A stretch of 64,000 nucleotides of DNA, taken from assembly GCA_016204605.1 (NCBI GenBank), contig JACQKK010000032.1:6361-70360 (forward strand). Reading direction: 5' to 3'. Source of the DNA: Candidatus Lambdaproteobacteria bacterium. Lineage in GTDB: Bacteria; SAR324; JACQKK01. The notes under the pieces are model-generated. The model did not search any database. It was not told the origin of the DNA and worked only from the letters and a program-made list of their open reading frames with translations. Both the position numbers and the translations under genes were made by a program. Shown piece by piece: positions 1-8,754 of this stretch. The number at the start of each line of letters is the position of its first letter. Positions within the stretch are counted from its first letter, which is position 1.

Positions 1-1242
1 GTCAAGCACACCTGGGACGTGGTGCGGGGCGCCGTGCGGGGCGGACTCAAGCTCAACCCCCGCAAGACCTGGTACCAGAACGTCCAGGAGATCGAGACCA
101 ACGGCGACCGGGAGGTGACGTTCCGCCTCAAGCGCCCGCAGCCTTCGCTGCTGTCGATGTTCGCCTCCGGCAACTCGGCGGTCTATCCGGCCCATATCTC
201 CCCTGCGGATTTGCGCGGCAAGCCGGTGGGCACGGGACCGTTCCGGCTGAAGACGTGGATCCGCGACCAGCGGATCACCCAGGAGCGGAACGCGGACTAC
301 TTCGTCAAGGGGCGTCCCTACCTGGACGGGGTGGACTTCATCGTAATCCGGGGGGTTGCCTCGCAGACCGCGGCGATGATCGCGAATCAGGTGGACGCTG
401 CGCCGCCGGTGTACACCGTCAAGCCCATCATGGAGCAGCTCAAGGCCGCCAACGTGGGGATCGTCTTCGCCGAACGCGTGACGAATGGCACGCAGAACAT
501 CATCGTCAACACCAAGAAGCCGCCCTTCAACAACCTGCGCCTGCGCCAGGCGGTGAACCTGGCCCTGGACCGCAACAGCCTGATCAAGACCGTATACAAG
601 GGCGGGGCGGTGCGCGGGTCGGCCATGATCCCGCAACCCCACGGACACTGGGGCCTGACGGACGAGCAGCTCGATAGCCTGCCCGGCTATGGGGACGCCC
701 AGAAGAACAAGGCCGAGGCGCGCAGGATCCTGGCCGAAGAAGGCTACGGCCCGAACAATCCGCTCAGGATCGTCGTGTCCACCCGCTCCGTGCAGGCCTA
801 CATCGAATCGGCCAACTGGATGCTCGGGGAGATGAAGCAGGTCGGCATCGAGACCACACTCGAGCAGGTGGAGCTGGGAAACTGGTACGGCAAGGTGGCC
901 CGCCGCGATTTCCTGATCGGCAGCAACCAGACGGCCGTGACCATCGACGACCCCGACGCCCAGTTCTACGAGAACTTCACCTGCGGCTCCACGCGCAACT
1001 ACTCCGACTACTGCAACCCGGAGATGGAGAAGAAGTACGCGGCACAGTCCATGGAAACCGACGACGCCAAGCGCGTCGAGATGGTGCACGAGATCGACAT
1101 GCAGCTCCAGCGGGAGGTGGCGCGGCCTTACCTCGCGTACCGCCTCAACTACTACGCCCACTATCCCTACGTGAAGAACTGGATCCCCCACGTCAGCTCG
1201 TACAACAGCTGGCGCTTCCAGGAGGTCTGGCTCGACAAGTAA
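1..1242 (+). CDS. ABC transporter family-5 (Dpp/Opp-like) solute-binding protein, 5' part outside the window
   Basis: Frame is open from base 1 (VKHTWDVVRG...). Motifs GTGPFRL, NADYFVKGRPYLDG, PFNNLRLRQAVNLALDR, RNYSDYCNPE. Paralogue of 16589-18178. Confidence 0.9.
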   Translation, partial: VKHTWDVVRGAVRGGLKLNPRKTWYQNVQEIETNGDREVTFRLKRPQPSLLSMFASGNSAVYPAHISPADLRGKPVGTGPFRLKTWIRDQRITQERNADYFVKGRPYLDGVDFIVIRGVASQTAAMIANQVDAAPPVYTVKPIMEQLKAANVGIVFAERVTNGTQNIIVNTKKPPFNNLRLRQAVNLALDRNSLIKTVYKGGAVRGSAMIPQPHGHWGLTDEQLDSLPGYGDAQKNKAEARRILAEEGYGPNNPLRIVVSTRSVQAYIESANWMLGEMKQVGIETTLEQVELGNWYGKVARRDFLIGSNQTAVTIDDPDAQFYENFTCGSTRNYSDYCNPEMEKKYAAQSMETDDAKRVEMVHEIDMQLQREVARPYLAYRLNYYAHYPYVKNWIPHVSSYNSWRFQEVWLDK

Positions 1243-1267
1243 CCGCCTGCCCCGCGCTGCGCCCGCT

Positions 1268-1333
1268 GTCCCCACACTGCCCTGCGGGCACCCCTCCCCA
1301 CCAGAGGGGGAGGGGAAGGGGGAGAGGACGCGC
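1268..1333. repeat. REP-like intergenic palindromic repeat (type A)
   Basis: gtccccac..gccct.cgggcacccctccccacc....ggggagggga.gggggagaggac.cgc, near-identical to 34652-34717; contains a CCCCTCCCC/GGGGAGGGG stem. Confidence 0.8.
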
Positions 1334-1366
1334 GGGGCGGCACCACCGTTTGGGAAGGAGCATTCC

Positions 1367-1897
1367 ATGAGCGTGACGCTGCTGAGCCCCGTCGGGCTGA
1401 ACAAGGTGGAGGCGCGCCCGATCACGCCCCGGCTGAAGACGCTCGAGGGCATCCGGCTCGGGCTGCTCAACAACCGCAAGCCCAACTCCGATATTCTGCA
1501 GAACCGTATCGTCGAGCTGTTGCAAGCCAGGTACGGCCTGGCGGAGGTGGTGCGCAAGTTCAAGCCCGGCTCCTCCGTGGGCGCCGAAGGGCTCGATGTC
1601 TTCGCCCGGGAGGTGGGGGCGGTGATCACCGCCCTGGGCGACTGAGGCTCGTGCACGTCGTGGTGTATCCACGACTCCTACGAGCTCGAGAAGCTGGGCA
1701 TCCCCACGGTCACCGTGTGCACCGACGCCTTCGTGGGGCTGGCCAAGGAGGAATCGAAGAACCTCGGCATGCCCACCCTGCCCCTCGTCATCATTCCCCA
1801 TCCCCTGGGGGGCGAGGCGAAGGACGTGGTGCACGAGCGCGCCCACTACGCCCTGGATCAGGTGATCCGGGCGCTCGTCCAGCATCCCGCGCAGTAG
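1367..1897 (+). CDS. UGSC-motif selenoprotein (176 aa, Sec at residue 93 by UGA recoding)
   Basis: ORFs 1367-1645 and 1715-1897 are in the same frame. Reading through TGA 1643-1645 gives ...ITALGD-U-GSCTSWCIHDSYELEKLGIPTVTVCTDAF...IIPHPLGG, the UGSC family signature. SECIS-like hairpin follows; RBS aaggag upstream. Confidence 0.9.
1643..1675 (+). promoter_or_regulatory. Bacterial SECIS-like element
   Basis: TGA, 11-nt spacer (GGCTCGTGCAC), perfect 7-bp stem GTCGTGG (1657-1663)/CCACGAC (1669-1675) with GT-containing loop TGTAT. Confidence 0.8.
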
Positions 1898-1936
1898 CTC
1901 CTGCGCTTTCACCCTGACTCGGGAGAACCCCACCCC

Positions 1937-3001
1937 ATGATGGCGCTCGACGAACTGGTGGCCGAACGGCTCACGTTCGAGAATGACGACGACGCGCGGG
2001 AGGCCTTCCACGCGCGCCGCTGGAGCGATGGCCTGCCGTTCGTGTTCCCCACCGAGCAGCGCGTGCGCGCCATGATCGCCGGCGCCGGCCGGCCGGCCGC
2101 CGAGCCGATCGGCGTGGTGCCCCCGCGCTGGGCCGAGGCCACCGTGGAGAACATCGCCATCAACGCGGTGATGGCCGGCTGCAAGCCCGAGTACATGCCG
2201 CTGCTGATCGCCACGCTCCAGGCCGCGTGCGACCCCGCCTTCGGGCTGTACAGCGTCCAGGCCACCACCCACCCCTGCGCCGTGACCATGGTCGTCTCCG
2301 GCCCGGTCGTCGCGAGGCTGGGGCTCAACTTCAGCCACGGCGCGTTCGGGCCGGGCTTCCGGGCCAACGCCACGCTCGGCCGGGCGGTGCGGCTGGTGCT
2401 GATCAACGTGGGCGGCGGGCTGCCGGGCGATGGCGACCAGTCCACCCAGGGCAACCCCGGCAAGTTCAGCTACTGCATCGCCGAGCACGAGGCGGCCACC
2501 CCCTGGGAGCCCTTCCGCGTGGCGCGCGGGTTCGGCAAGGGCGAGAGCACGGTGACGGTCTTCTCCGGCGAGGCCCCGCACAACATCAACGACCACGTCT
2601 GCACCTCCGCCTACTCGACGCTCTCGGTGGTGGCCGACGTGATGGGTCACATCGGCCACAACAACGCGGGCTCGATCGGCCGGGGCGACGTGCTGGTGGT
2701 GCTGGGGCCGGAGCACGCCCACACCATCGCCTCGGGCGGTCTCTCCCGGCGGGACGTGCAGTGGTTCCTGTTCGAGCACGCCCGCAACGCCCTGGCCAAG
2801 GTGCGCATCCGGGCGCAGTACCGGCAGGCGCAGTGGCCGCGTTGGTTGAACCCGGAGAACGCCGAGGCGCTGCTGCCCATCGTCGAAGCGCCCGAGGATA
2901 TCCACGTGCTCGTCGCGGGCGGACCGGGCAAGCATTCCGCCTTCATCCCCACCTTCGGCAACTACCGCTCCGTGAGCCGGCGCGTCGAGGAGGTCGGCTG
3001 A
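1937..3001 (+). CDS. Uncharacterised UGSC-partner protein (WSDGLP-x-x-PT / NAVMAGC family), copy 1
   Basis: Motifs WSDGLPFVFPTEQRV, INAVMAGCKPEY, SVQATTHP, QSTQGNPGK, GGPGKHSAFIP; immediately downstream of the UGSC gene. Confidence 0.8.
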   Translation: MMALDELVAERLTFENDDDAREAFHARRWSDGLPFVFPTEQRVRAMIAGAGRPAAEPIGVVPPRWAEATVENIAINAVMAGCKPEYMPLLIATLQAACDPAFGLYSVQATTHPCAVTMVVSGPVVARLGLNFSHGAFGPGFRANATLGRAVRLVLINVGGGLPGDGDQSTQGNPGKFSYCIAEHEAATPWEPFRVARGFGKGESTVTVFSGEAPHNINDHVCTSAYSTLSVVADVMGHIGHNNAGSIGRGDVLVVLGPEHAHTIASGGLSRRDVQWFLFEHARNALAKVRIRAQYRQAQWPRWLNPENAEALLPIVEAPEDIHVLVAGGPGKHSAFIPTFGNYRSVSRRVEEVG

Positions 3002-3089
3002 CCCGAGCCGGGCGCCGCCCCTTTGCGGCTGACTGCCCGTGCGAACGGGAGCGATCCGCCACCGCATCACCCGTTTCGAGGTGCACCCC

Positions 3090-4478
3090 ATGCGCGCAGA
3101 AGCCAGCCTCACCGAACAGACCAATCCCCGCGGCCGCCGGCTCGCCGGCTACGTGGCGGCCACCGCCCGGCGCCGGTTCCCGCCGGAGGTGATCGAGGCG
3201 GCCAAGCAGGCGCTGGTCGACTTCATGGGCGTGGCCATCGGGGCGTACCGCGACGGCCCGGCCGTCTCCGTGCGCCGCGCCGCCGAGGCCTGGCAGGCCC
3301 GCGGCAACGCGCAGATGTTGCTGGGCCCCAGGACGGCTCCCGCCCTGGCCGCGCTGGTGAACGGCACGATGGCCCACTGCATGGACTACGACGACACGCA
3401 CCCGGGCGGCGCGGGTCACCCCTCCGGCGCCTGCTGGTCCACGGCCCTGGCCATGGCCGGCCACCACGGCCTCTCCGAGCACGACGCCCTGGCGGGCTTC
3501 ATCACCGGCTTCGAGGTGATGACGCGCCTCGGCGGCGGCTTCGCGCCGGGGGTGGGCCGCAGCCTGCAACGGCGCGGCTTCCATCCCACCTCGGTGTTCG
3601 GGCGGGCCGGCGCCGCCGCGGCCGCCTGCGCCATGCTGCGGCTCGACGAGGCGCAGGTGGCCAACGCGCTAGGCGTGGCCGCCACCACGGCCGGCGGGCT
3701 GCTGGGCTCCTTCGGCACCTACTCCAAGCCGTTCCACCCCGGCAAGGCGGCGATGGACGGCATCCTCGCCGCGCAGCTCGCCGCCGAGGGCTTCGAGGCC
3801 GCCACCCACCTGTTCGAGCTGGAGCGGGGGCTGCTCGACGCCTTCATCCAGGACCGCCAGGTCGAGGTGCCGCCGCTCGATTTCGATGCGCGGTGGGAGC
3901 TGCTCCAGAACGGCTTCAAGCCGTTCGCCTGCTGCCGGGCCACCCAGCCCTCGACCCAGGCCGCGCGCAGCCTGGCCGCGCAGGTCGGCGCGCAGAAGGT
4001 GCTGCGCGTCGAGGCGAAGGTGCACCCGAACGCGCTGGTCACGGCCGGGAAGCTGGCGCCCAAGACCCCGCTGGAAGGCAAGTTCAGCGTGCCCTTCTGC
4101 ATCGCCATCGGCCTGAGCGGCTACCGGGCCGTGGCGCCCGACTTCTCCGCGGCGACCCTGCGCGACCCCAGGGTGATGGCGATCGTGCCCGTGGTGAAGC
4201 TCCAGCCGGTGGAGGGGCAGCCGGGCCACGAGGCACATCTCGACGTGTACCTGGCGGACGGCACCCACCTCCATGCGGACACCGCGATCGTGATCGGCCA
4301 CCCCGACAACCCGATGGGCTGGGACGACCTGCACACGAAGTTCATGGGCCTCGTCGAACCGATCCTCGGCCCGGCCCAGGGCGAACGGCTCTACGAGACC
4401 CTGCGCCGCTTCGAGCGGCCGGGCACGCTGGGCGAGGCGATGGCGCTCGTCTCCGCATCGGCCGCGCCTCGCACTTGA
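3090..4478 (+). CDS. MmgE/PrpD family protein
   Basis: AALVNGTMAHCMDYDDTH..GHPS, GFHPTSVFG, KPFHPGKAA, LEGKFSVPFC, GHPDNPM motifs. ATG 3090 chosen for its upstream gagg RBS. Confidence 0.9.
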   Translation: MRAEASLTEQTNPRGRRLAGYVAATARRRFPPEVIEAAKQALVDFMGVAIGAYRDGPAVSVRRAAEAWQARGNAQMLLGPRTAPALAALVNGTMAHCMDYDDTHPGGAGHPSGACWSTALAMAGHHGLSEHDALAGFITGFEVMTRLGGGFAPGVGRSLQRRGFHPTSVFGRAGAAAAACAMLRLDEAQVANALGVAATTAGGLLGSFGTYSKPFHPGKAAMDGILAAQLAAEGFEAATHLFELERGLLDAFIQDRQVEVPPLDFDARWELLQNGFKPFACCRATQPSTQAARSLAAQVGAQKVLRVEAKVHPNALVTAGKLAPKTPLEGKFSVPFCIAIGLSGYRAVAPDFSAATLRDPRVMAIVPVVKLQPVEGQPGHEAHLDVYLADGTHLHADTAIVIGHPDNPMGWDDLHTKFMGLVEPILGPAQGERLYETLRRFERPGTLGEAMALVSASAAPRT

Positions 4479-4685
4479 GGCGCCGTTGAAGCGCACCCGG
4501 GGCGCGAGAGGGTCGGCCCTCTCCGCGCGTCGTCACGCGGTGCGAGCGTGTCGGGATCGGCGGTGGCCCGCGGACGAGAGGCCGGGCGCCTCGCCTTCCC
4601 GCCCCGCGCCTCCGGGCGCGGGGCCGGCGAGGCGTCGAAGATGTGGAAGCCGGAGCAGGAAACCGGAGCATAGGGGAGACGGATC

Positions 4686-5483
4686 ATGAGCGAGGTCACC
4701 TACAAGGACATCCTGTACGACGAGACGGACGGAGTCGCGACGATCACCATCAACCGCCCCGAGCGCATGAACTCGTTCGGGCTCGCGACCTACGACGAGG
4801 TGATCGACGCCATCCTGCGGGCCGGCTGGAACAAAGAGATCGGCGTGATCGTGCTCACCGGCGCCGGCAACCGCGCCTTCGGCACCGGCGGCGACACGGC
4901 CGACAAGAAGTACTCGCGGCAGAGGAGCGGCACGATCGGCGTGCCCGTGGAGCAACTGCACGCGGCCATCCGCGACGTGCCCAAGCCGGTCATCGCCAAG
5001 GTGCGCGGCTTCGCCATCGGCGGCGGGAACGTCATCGCCACGCTCTGCGACCTGACCATCGCCAGCCAGAACGCGATCTTCGGCCAGGTCGGGCCCAAGG
5101 TGGGCTCCGTCGATCCGGGCTTCGGCACGGCGTACCTGGCCCGCATCGTCGGCGAGAAGAAGGCCCGGGAGATCTGGTACCTCTGCCGGCGCTACTCGGC
5201 GGAAGAGGCGCTGGCGATGGGGCTGGTCAACAAGGTCGTGCCCGACGAGGAACTCGACGCGGAGGTCGACCGCTGGTGCGCGGAGATCCTCGAACGCAGC
5301 CCCACGGCGATCGCCATCGCCAAGGCCTCGTTCAACGCCGATTCGGACTCCGTGCGCGGCGTGGCCCGGATGGGCTTTCAGAGCGTGGCCCTGTATTACA
5401 ACACGCCCGAGGCCAAGGAGGGCGGCGCCGCGTTTCGGGAGAAGCGCAAGCCGCGCTTCCGCGAACTCGCCGGCAAGGAATGA
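4686..5483 (+). CDS. badI: 2-ketocyclohexanecarboxyl-CoA hydrolase-like crotonase (BadI/MenB subfamily)
   Basis: INRPERMN, LHAAIRDVPKPVIAKVRGFAIGGGNV, GQVGPKVGSVDPGFGTAYLARIVGEKKAREIWYLC closely follow the BadI sequence as I recall it. Confidence 0.75.
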   Translation: MSEVTYKDILYDETDGVATITINRPERMNSFGLATYDEVIDAILRAGWNKEIGVIVLTGAGNRAFGTGGDTADKKYSRQRSGTIGVPVEQLHAAIRDVPKPVIAKVRGFAIGGGNVIATLCDLTIASQNAIFGQVGPKVGSVDPGFGTAYLARIVGEKKAREIWYLCRRYSAEEALAMGLVNKVVPDEELDAEVDRWCAEILERSPTAIAIAKASFNADSDSVRGVARMGFQSVALYYNTPEAKEGGAAFREKRKPRFRELAGKE

Positions 5484-5683
5484 CCGCTTCTGTCGGCGAA
5501 CGGCGGCCGGGGGCGCGGGCAGGGCATGTACAAAGTCGTCGCGGCCACGCGAGTCTGCGATTTACGCCGGCCATAGCGGCCGGAATCGCATCGACGGTCT
5601 GGATGATTGCGGACTTGTTGCCGAAGTCAGAATATTGATTCGCGCGTGAACCAAAGCAGTCCTCCTAAGAACCCGGAGGCTCC

Positions 5684-6229
5684 ATGCAACGGCAACCCTC
5701 ACCGCCGCCGCAGACTGCGTACATATCGTTCTTGGCGGAAATCAACGTGTCGACCGCCGAGCAGTTGCTCGGGGTCATATATCAGCAGGTTGCCAGAGGG
5801 GCACAGCGCATCTACTTGCTGTTCGCCACGCCGGGCGGCCTCATTGACCCCGGCATTGCGGTCTATAACCAGCTCAACGGCCTTAGCGTCGATCTGGTCA
5901 TCCACAATGTCGGAAATGTGGACTCAGTTGGGAACGCAATCTTCATGGCTGGAAAGACGCGTCTCGCGTGCAAACACTCGTCATTCCTTTTCCACGGAAC
6001 GAAGTGGAACTTGCCGGGACCGACAGCACTCGCTCCGCGGGATGTAGATGAGATTCTGCAGAACCTAGGGGCTTTGGAACGGAAGATTGCCGGGCTCGTG
6101 AGCGAAAAGACCTCGCTGAAAATAGAGGAGGTCAATCGGTTCTTCGTCAGCTCTCAATCCGTAAATCCGAGCGAGGCCCTTGAGCGGGGCATCATTCACC
6201 GGATTGAGGACGTGAGCTTGCCGCCGTGA
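5684..6229 (+). CDS. ClpP-like (S14-related) protease subunit on a lower-GC islet
   Basis: TPGG..D.GIAVYN, NVGNVDSVG (nucleophile Ser), FLFHG (His), EALERGIIH. More A/T-rich codon usage than neighbours; RBS ggagg. Confidence 0.8.
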   Translation: MQRQPSPPPQTAYISFLAEINVSTAEQLLGVIYQQVARGAQRIYLLFATPGGLIDPGIAVYNQLNGLSVDLVIHNVGNVDSVGNAIFMAGKTRLACKHSSFLFHGTKWNLPGPTALAPRDVDEILQNLGALERKIAGLVSEKTSLKIEEVNRFFVSSQSVNPSEALERGIIHRIEDVSLPP

Positions 6230-6468
6230 TCTGTTCCGATCCAGTTGGTATTCCCAAGATAGGCAGACAATGTGCCCCGAGAGCATGGCCTGTTCCTGTT
6301 CCAAGGTTAAGGCTTCTTGGCCGCCAGGATTCCCACTTCCAGCAGATCAACCCTAGTATCACAATTCTCCGGAAGAACGCAAAGGCCCAGTCACCACCCT
6401 CAATGCGGCTGTCAGATCAGATTGGGACACCACCCGCTGCCGCCGGGGCTCGCCCGCCTAGGAACGCC

Positions 6469-8706
6469 ATGCCACCGCCCCGCACGTGGGACGCCCCCGC
6501 CTTGCCCCGGCCGCTGGAGGGAGTGCTGGTGATCGAGCGCGCCGGACGGCTCGCCGGCGGCGTCTGCGCCATGCTGCTGCTCCAGTTCGGGGCGCGGGTG
6601 ATCCGGGTCGAAGACCCGGCCGAGCCGCTCCCGCTCGCCCTCGCGGGGGAGGCGGCCGGCGCCCTGCACGCGTTTCTGGAGGCCGGGCGGGAGCGGGTGG
6701 CCTACGACCCCGCCACGTTCGCCCGGCTGCTCGACCACGCGCAGGTGGCCATCTGTGCGCCGCCTGCCCCCGGTGCGAACCCCGATCTGGAGGCGATCCG
6801 CGCCCGCCGGGATCGGCTGGTGGGCTGCGTCCTGACGCCCTACGGCCTGGCCGGCGGCGCGCCCGGGATGCCGCCCGCCGGCGACGAGCTCGCGCTCCAG
6901 GCGGCGAGCGGCCTCGCCGCCCTCACGGGGGAGGAGGGCGGGCTGCCCCTGCCGGCGGGCGTGCCGCTGGCCGAAATGCTGGCCGGGGTCAACGGGGCCA
7001 CCGCCGTGCTGGCGGCGCTGCGGCTGCTGGAACGGGGCGCAGGGGGCCAACTGGCCGATATCGCGCTGTTCGATGGGCTGATCGGGCTGATGGGCACGCA
7101 CATGACGCTGATCGTGGCCGGTCAGCGCGGCGGCTTCCGCAAAGGGTGCCGCAACCCGGTGACCGCCCCCTGGAACGTCTACCCCACCGCCGACGCGCGG
7201 ATCGTCGTCTGCACCTCCACCGACGACCACTGGCACCGCATCCTGAAGGTGGCGGGCCGGGCCGAGCTGATCGGCGACCCCCGCTTCGCCTCGCCGGGTC
7301 AGCGGGTCGCGCACGTGGAGGAGGTCGATCGCATCGTCGCGGCGTGGAGCGGCCCGCTCGGCACCCGCTCGGCGATCGCCCGGCTCACCGAGGCGGGCGT
7401 GCCCGTGGGCGCCGTCCGCACGATCCCCGAGCTGATGGCGGACGAGGGCTTCCGCGCCCGCGGCATGGTGCGCGCGGTGACGGACGGCCGGGGGCGGGAG
7501 ATCACGCTCGCCGGCCCGGTGTTCCACTTCTCCCGGGCTAAGGCCCTGCACCCGGCGCGCGTCGAGCCCGTGCGCCCCGCCGGGTCGCTCGCGCTGCCCG
7601 CGCGGCCGGGGGATCGGGCCCTCCGCGCCCCGGGCGAAGCGCCAAGCGCATCGCCGCTGGCGGGGGTGAACGTCGTCGAGATCGCGCAGTTCACGGCCGG
7701 GCCCGTGGCGGCCCGGAACCTCGCGCACCTGGGCGCCTCCGTGGTCAAGGTCGAGGGGATCGAGGGCGAGCCGACCCGGCGCTGGAGCCCCGCCTTCGCC
7801 GGGATCGGCCACTACTTCGCCAACGGCAACTGCGACAAGCGCAGCCTGGCCGTGGACCTCAAGCAGGCCCGGGGGCGCGAGGTCGTCGCGCGCCTGTGCG
7901 CCCGGGCCGACGTGCTGGTGGAGAACCAGCGGCCGGGCGCGCTCGCTCGCCTGGGGCTCGGGTACGCGGAGCTGAGCCGCGCGAACCCGCGCCTGATCTA
8001 CCTCGCGGTGTCGGGGTACGGCGTGACCGGCCCCGGCGCCGCCCGGGCCGCCTTCGATACCGTGATCCAGGCCGAAGCCGGCCTGATGAGCCTGCTCCGC
8101 TCGCGCGTGCCGGTGCGGATCGGGGTCGCCATCGCCGACATGATGGGCGCGCAGCTCGCGCCGCTGGCCATCCTCGCGGCGCTGCGGCACAGGGAGATCG
8201 ATGGGCTGGGCCAGCACGTGGACCTCTCGATGCAGGACTGCGCGGCCTGGCTGGGGCAGTTCTCCTGGCCCGGCGGAGCCGCCGCGCTCCCGCCCTGGCA
8301 CACGGTGGAGGCGGCCGACGGCTTCCTGATCGCGGCCGCCGCGCCGGCGCGCGTCGATGCGGCCCTGGGCGGCGCCTCGACTCAAGCGCGGAGCTGCGAC
8401 GAGATCGCGGGTTGCCTGCGCGCCGCCGGCATCGTCGCCGAGCCCGTGCGGGAGCTGGACGCGGTGCTGGACGGGGAGCAGGTGCGCCGGCGGGGGCTGC
8501 TGCCCGCGCTGCCCGACAGCCAGGGCACCCCCGTGGCGGTGCTGGACGCCCCCTATCGGCTCGAACGCACGCCGGCGCGGGTGGGCCGGCTGATCGGCGA
8601 GACGGGCGCCGACACCGGGGATATCCTCGGCGAGCTGGGTTACACGGCGCAGGAGCGGGATGCCTTGCGCGCGGCAGGCGTCGTGCGATCAGGCGGCGTG
8701 CGATAG
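6469..8706 (+). CDS. Family-III CoA transferase (CaiB/BaiF), tandem two-domain fusion
   Basis: Two CaiB modules: PLEGVLVIE...GARVIRVE and PLAGVNVVEIAQFTAGP...ADVLVENQRPGALARLGLGY...AFDTVIQAEAG. Start moved to ATG 6469. Confidence 0.85.
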   Translation: MPPPRTWDAPALPRPLEGVLVIERAGRLAGGVCAMLLLQFGARVIRVEDPAEPLPLALAGEAAGALHAFLEAGRERVAYDPATFARLLDHAQVAICAPPAPGANPDLEAIRARRDRLVGCVLTPYGLAGGAPGMPPAGDELALQAASGLAALTGEEGGLPLPAGVPLAEMLAGVNGATAVLAALRLLERGAGGQLADIALFDGLIGLMGTHMTLIVAGQRGGFRKGCRNPVTAPWNVYPTADARIVVCTSTDDHWHRILKVAGRAELIGDPRFASPGQRVAHVEEVDRIVAAWSGPLGTRSAIARLTEAGVPVGAVRTIPELMADEGFRARGMVRAVTDGRGREITLAGPVFHFSRAKALHPARVEPVRPAGSLALPARPGDRALRAPGEAPSASPLAGVNVVEIAQFTAGPVAARNLAHLGASVVKVEGIEGEPTRRWSPAFAGIGHYFANGNCDKRSLAVDLKQARGREVVARLCARADVLVENQRPGALARLGLGYAELSRANPRLIYLAVSGYGVTGPGAARAAFDTVIQAEAGLMSLLRSRVPVRIGVAIADMMGAQLAPLAILAALRHREIDGLGQHVDLSMQDCAAWLGQFSWPGGAAALPPWHTVEAADGFLIAAAAPARVDAALGGASTQARSCDEIAGCLRAAGIVAEPVRELDAVLDGEQVRRRGLLPALPDSQGTPVAVLDAPYRLERTPARVGRLIGETGADTGDILGELGYTAQERDALRAAGVVRSGGVR

Positions 8707-8754
8707 CGCGGGCCTCGCCTCCCCTATCCGCGCCCTGACGATGCGGTGGGTGCC

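Noticed and set aside
1651-1917. 88-aa ORF, and separate 92-aa and 60-aa genes
   Set aside because: Better explained by one UGA-recoded selenoprotein; a pseudogene reading is less likely given the UGSC motif and SECIS-like hairpin.
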